Source: Lachnospiraceae bacterium
GTDB lineage: Bacteria; Bacillota; Clostridia; Lachnospirales; Lachnospiraceae
DNA: 64,000 nucleotides
Assembly (NCBI GenBank): GCA_017938315.1
Contig: JAGBBV010000007.1
Location: 76,974 to 140,973 of the forward strand
Direction: 5' to 3'
Position 1 is the stretch's first letter. The number at the start of each line of letters is the position of its first letter. The notes beneath the pieces are model-generated. The model did not search any database. It saw only the letters and a list, made by a program, of their open reading frames with translations, and was not told the DNA's origin. Both the position numbers and the translations under genes were made by a program. Shown here in pieces: positions 62,887 through 64,000 of the stretch.

Positions 62887-64000
62887 TTATGCGCCTAATT
62901 TCCAGCTACCGGCAATCTCACGTGCATTTACAAAACGCTTATAAATGCCATCATGCTTCATCAATTCTTTATGATTTCCCTGCTGAACAATTTGTCCTTT
63001 ATCGACTACTAAAATCTGATCTGCATTTCTGACCGTTTTTAATCTGTGTGCAATCATTAAAATTGTTTTTTCTTTTGTAAGTGCATCTATTGCCTCTACC
63101 AAATCCTTTTCGTTTTCCGGATCTACATTAGCTGTTGCTTCATCCAATATTATAATCGGTGCATCCTTCATAATCGCCCGTGCAATGGAAATTCTCTGTT
63201 TTTCACCACCGGATAAGGATGCTCCACCCTCACCGATTACCGTGTTGTAACCTTCCGGTAATTGCATAATAAAATCATGACAGCAAGCTTTTTTTGCTGC
63301 TTCAACAACCTGCTCCATAGGTGCATTTGGCTGTCCAAACCGGATATTATTAGCAATTGTATCCTGAAATAAATATACATTTTGAAAAACAAAACTGAAA
63401 TTTTTCATCAAGGAATCCATGCTGTATTCTTTCACATCTTTACCGCCAAGCAATACTCTTCCTTTATCAACATCCCAAAATCTTGCAATCAGATGACAAA
63501 GTGTTGTCTTTCCACCTCCGCTTGGACCTACAATCGCCGTTGTTGTCTTCTCCGGAATATGTACACTCAGGTTATTAATAATCGTCTTTTTATCATAAGA
63601 AAAGGAAACATTCTCCACATCAATATCATAATTCTTCGGTCCGATATCTTTTCCTTCAATGTCCATTGCTTCCAAATTCAATATTTCTTTTGCCTTTTCG
63701 ACAACAAAATCAACTACTCTAAGCAGGGAAGAAAACATACCTGCATTATCAAGACTTGTATACATAATAAATGCACTGACCATCATAACAATACATTCTG
63801 AAAGAACCATACTGCCATCTATGAAAAATAAAATTGACATAGCACACATTAGCACACCGATAGCCTTAGCGATAAAGCTCTGTAATGTGATAAACGGAAT
63901 CACTTTCAATTCAATTACAAAATTACATACAGAATTATTATCAATGGCTTTGTATAACTCTCTGCTATGCTTTCCTGACAGATTATACGCCTTTACCTCT
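62887..64000 (-). CDS. ABC exporter, fused permease/ATPase, 5'-truncated by window edge
   Basis: Frame open to the window end (EVKAYNLSG...); GPSGGGKTT, LSGGEKQR, ILDEATA, IAHRL. Confidence 0.92.
   Translation of the reverse strand, partial: EVKAYNLSGKHSRELYKAIDNNSVCNFVIELKVIPFITLQSFIAKAIGVLMCAMSILFFIDGSMVLSECIVMMVSAFIMYTSLDNAGMFSSLLRVVDFVVEKAKEILNLEAMDIEGKDIGPKNYDIDVENVSFSYDKKTIINNLSVHIPEKTTTAIVGPSGGGKTTLCHLIARFWDVDKGRVLLGGKDVKEYSMDSLMKNFSFVFQNVYLFQDTIANNIRFGQPNAPMEQVVEAAKKACCHDFIMQLPEGYNTVIGEGGASLSGGEKQRISIARAIMKDAPIIILDEATANVDPENEKDLVEAIDALTKEKTILMIAHRLKTVRNADQILVVDKGQIVQQGNHKELMKHDGIYKRFVNAREIAGSWKLGA

Noticed and set aside
999-63801. The many 60-170 aa ORFs antisense to or nested in the annotated genes
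   Set aside because: Shadow ORFs expected opposite strongly biased coding strands; none shows a motif or convincing RBS.

Overview
Chromosomal window from a spore-forming, low-GC Firmicute. Gene content and order suggest Clostridia, most likely Lachnospiraceae-like; this is inference. Nearly all genes lie on the minus strand, the exceptions being DAHP synthase and rqcH. I found no rRNA, tRNA, CRISPR, IS, prophage or integrase. The housekeeping backbone is hisS, DAHP synthase, nudF-spoIIM-xerD, yicC-remA-gmk-rpoZ-rimO-pgsA-cinA-recA-recX-rny, rqcH, glgA and glnA, plus several ABC and MATE transporters and regulators. The most striking feature is two minus-strand gene arrays (14.2-18.2 kb and 29.5-44.8 kb) flanking that backbone. 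They encode seven single-pass membrane proteins that all start with the same cytoplasmic zinc ribbon (CxxCG-x9-CxxCG), then a linker, a Lys cluster and a TM helix, but each carries a different, very acidic ectodomain (TPR+YD repeats, LRR, WG-like repeats, TPR+DxDG-type domain, YARHG, others). They are co-encoded with a soluble coiled-coil/double-zinc-ribbon protein, a 1375-aa vWA/IPT protein, an Ig-fold membrane protein, an SH3b-amidase lipoprotein and an ABC-2 exporter. This looks like an uncharacterised modular surface-receptor or envelope-scaffold system. Other notable points: a receiver-less Spo0A paralog beside glgA, a 0A box just downstream of the array A promoter, a LytTR/DUF3021 system with visible direct repeats, TetR operators, LexA boxes at recA, and a GSI-beta-like glutamine synthetase. 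All domain calls come from motifs read by eye; no database search was run.
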